Below, in pieces: positions 63,321 to 64,000 of a stretch of DNA of 64,000 nucleotides. The stretch is from an uncultured delta proteobacterium (GTDB lineage Bacteria > Desulfobacterota > Desulfobacteria > Desulfobacterales > JAFDCJ01): the NCBI GenBank assembly GCA_963769935.1, contig CAVYNY010000019.1, positions 32,001 to 96,000 of the forward strand. Reading direction: 5' to 3'. The notes under the pieces were generated by a model, which was not told the DNA's origin, searched no databases, and saw nothing but the letters and a program-made list of their open reading frames with translations. The position numbers and the translations under genes were made by a program. Position 1 is the stretch's first letter, and each line of letters opens with the position of its first letter.

Positions 63321-64000
63321 AATTTTTTGCACCTGAATTCAAGCAGGCGCTTTTGCATGGTTTCGATACCGGTCAACTGGAACCGGGAAATGGCTGCTCG
63401 ATAGGGTTCCGGGTTTTGCAGGAGGGCGGCAACCTTTTTGCTCAAAAGTTCGGGGGTGAAGTCATCCCACGGGATGTAATCGACCAGATTTTGTCGGTTA
63501 AAGGCCCGGGCGCGAATGATCTGCTCCTTGCGTGGGTGTTTCCCGCGGGATGACCAGGCTGACGGTTCCCTGGCCGAGGATTTCACAAAGTGTATTGTAG
63601 CCTCCCATGCTGACGACGAGATCGGCGGCCGCAAAGATTTTCTCCATTTGCCGATAAAAATGGATATGTTCGCACGCCCAATTTTCTGGCCCGCTTGAAA
63701 ACATCCCGTCTTTCCTGCTTGGGCATGAAGGGGCCTGTTATCAGGACGCTTTTAAATGACGGGGAGCCGCCATAGGACTCCAGCGCCGTCAGATACGTAT
63801 CCATGACTCTGTAGCCGTCGCCGCCGCCGCCGGTAGTGACCACCACCAATTTCTGATCATTTTTCAGCCCGATTTCTTTTTTGAAATGCCGCACCGTCTC
63901 TTTGCTGGGGATTTTACGGGGAATATAGCCGGTAAAATACATTTTCCGGCTGATGGATTCCGAGATATTATATTCTGTGATCGGGATCATAAAATTCCCG
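63317..64000 (-). CDS. Third COG4671-type glycosyltransferase, 5' end outside the window; two +1 frameshifts near 63662 and 63535
   Basis: FTGYI, TTGGGGDG, GPFMP, VSMGGYNT, IPR...KEQIIRA pieced together from three frames. Confidence 0.82.

Overview
Gene-dense, roughly 50% GC bacterial chromosome segment. Gene content and protein style suggest a Desulfobacterales-like deltaproteobacterium, possibly a long-read metagenome assembly (both are inferences). From 0 to 25 kb the content is housekeeping and metabolic: response regulator, FHA-GGDEF, glnS, fcl, cysQ, MEMO1-family protein, nifU-nifS, an orphan Phd antitoxin, a methylmalonyl-CoA/propionate gene run (mce, mutase, meaB, carboxyltransferase, 5S-biotin fusion, sucCD) ending in hypAB, then nfu, tgt, queA and DUF2065. 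From 25 to 64 kb is a large, poorly characterised block with four parts. (i) An ABC exporter with a ~255-aa insertion in its NBD, a cNMP-binding protein and an RsbW/RsbV-like pair. (ii) An 8-gene envelope system: two FtsX-type permeases (one a ~1700-aa fusion to a non-canonical M28/PA domain), a LolD-like ATPase, two OPT-like membrane proteins, two hypotheticals and a PqqD/RRE protein. (iii) An O-methyltransferase, a B12 radical SAM enzyme and a class III cyclase. (iv) A glycosylation cluster (three COG4671-type GTs, two GT4, two deacetylases, a His phosphatase, a TMTC-like GT-C/TPR protein) containing an FkbH-ACP-MaoC/SDR-GNAT acyl-transfer module. Most larger intergenic spacers are filled with nested 7/8/9-mer arrays and small inverted-repeat elements; several recur within the window, and some supply the start or stop codon of a neighbouring gene. 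About 11 single-base indels split six genes and mostly look like sequencing errors. I saw no tRNA, rRNA, CRISPR array, transposase or prophage. Family assignments come from motif recognition only; no searches were run.
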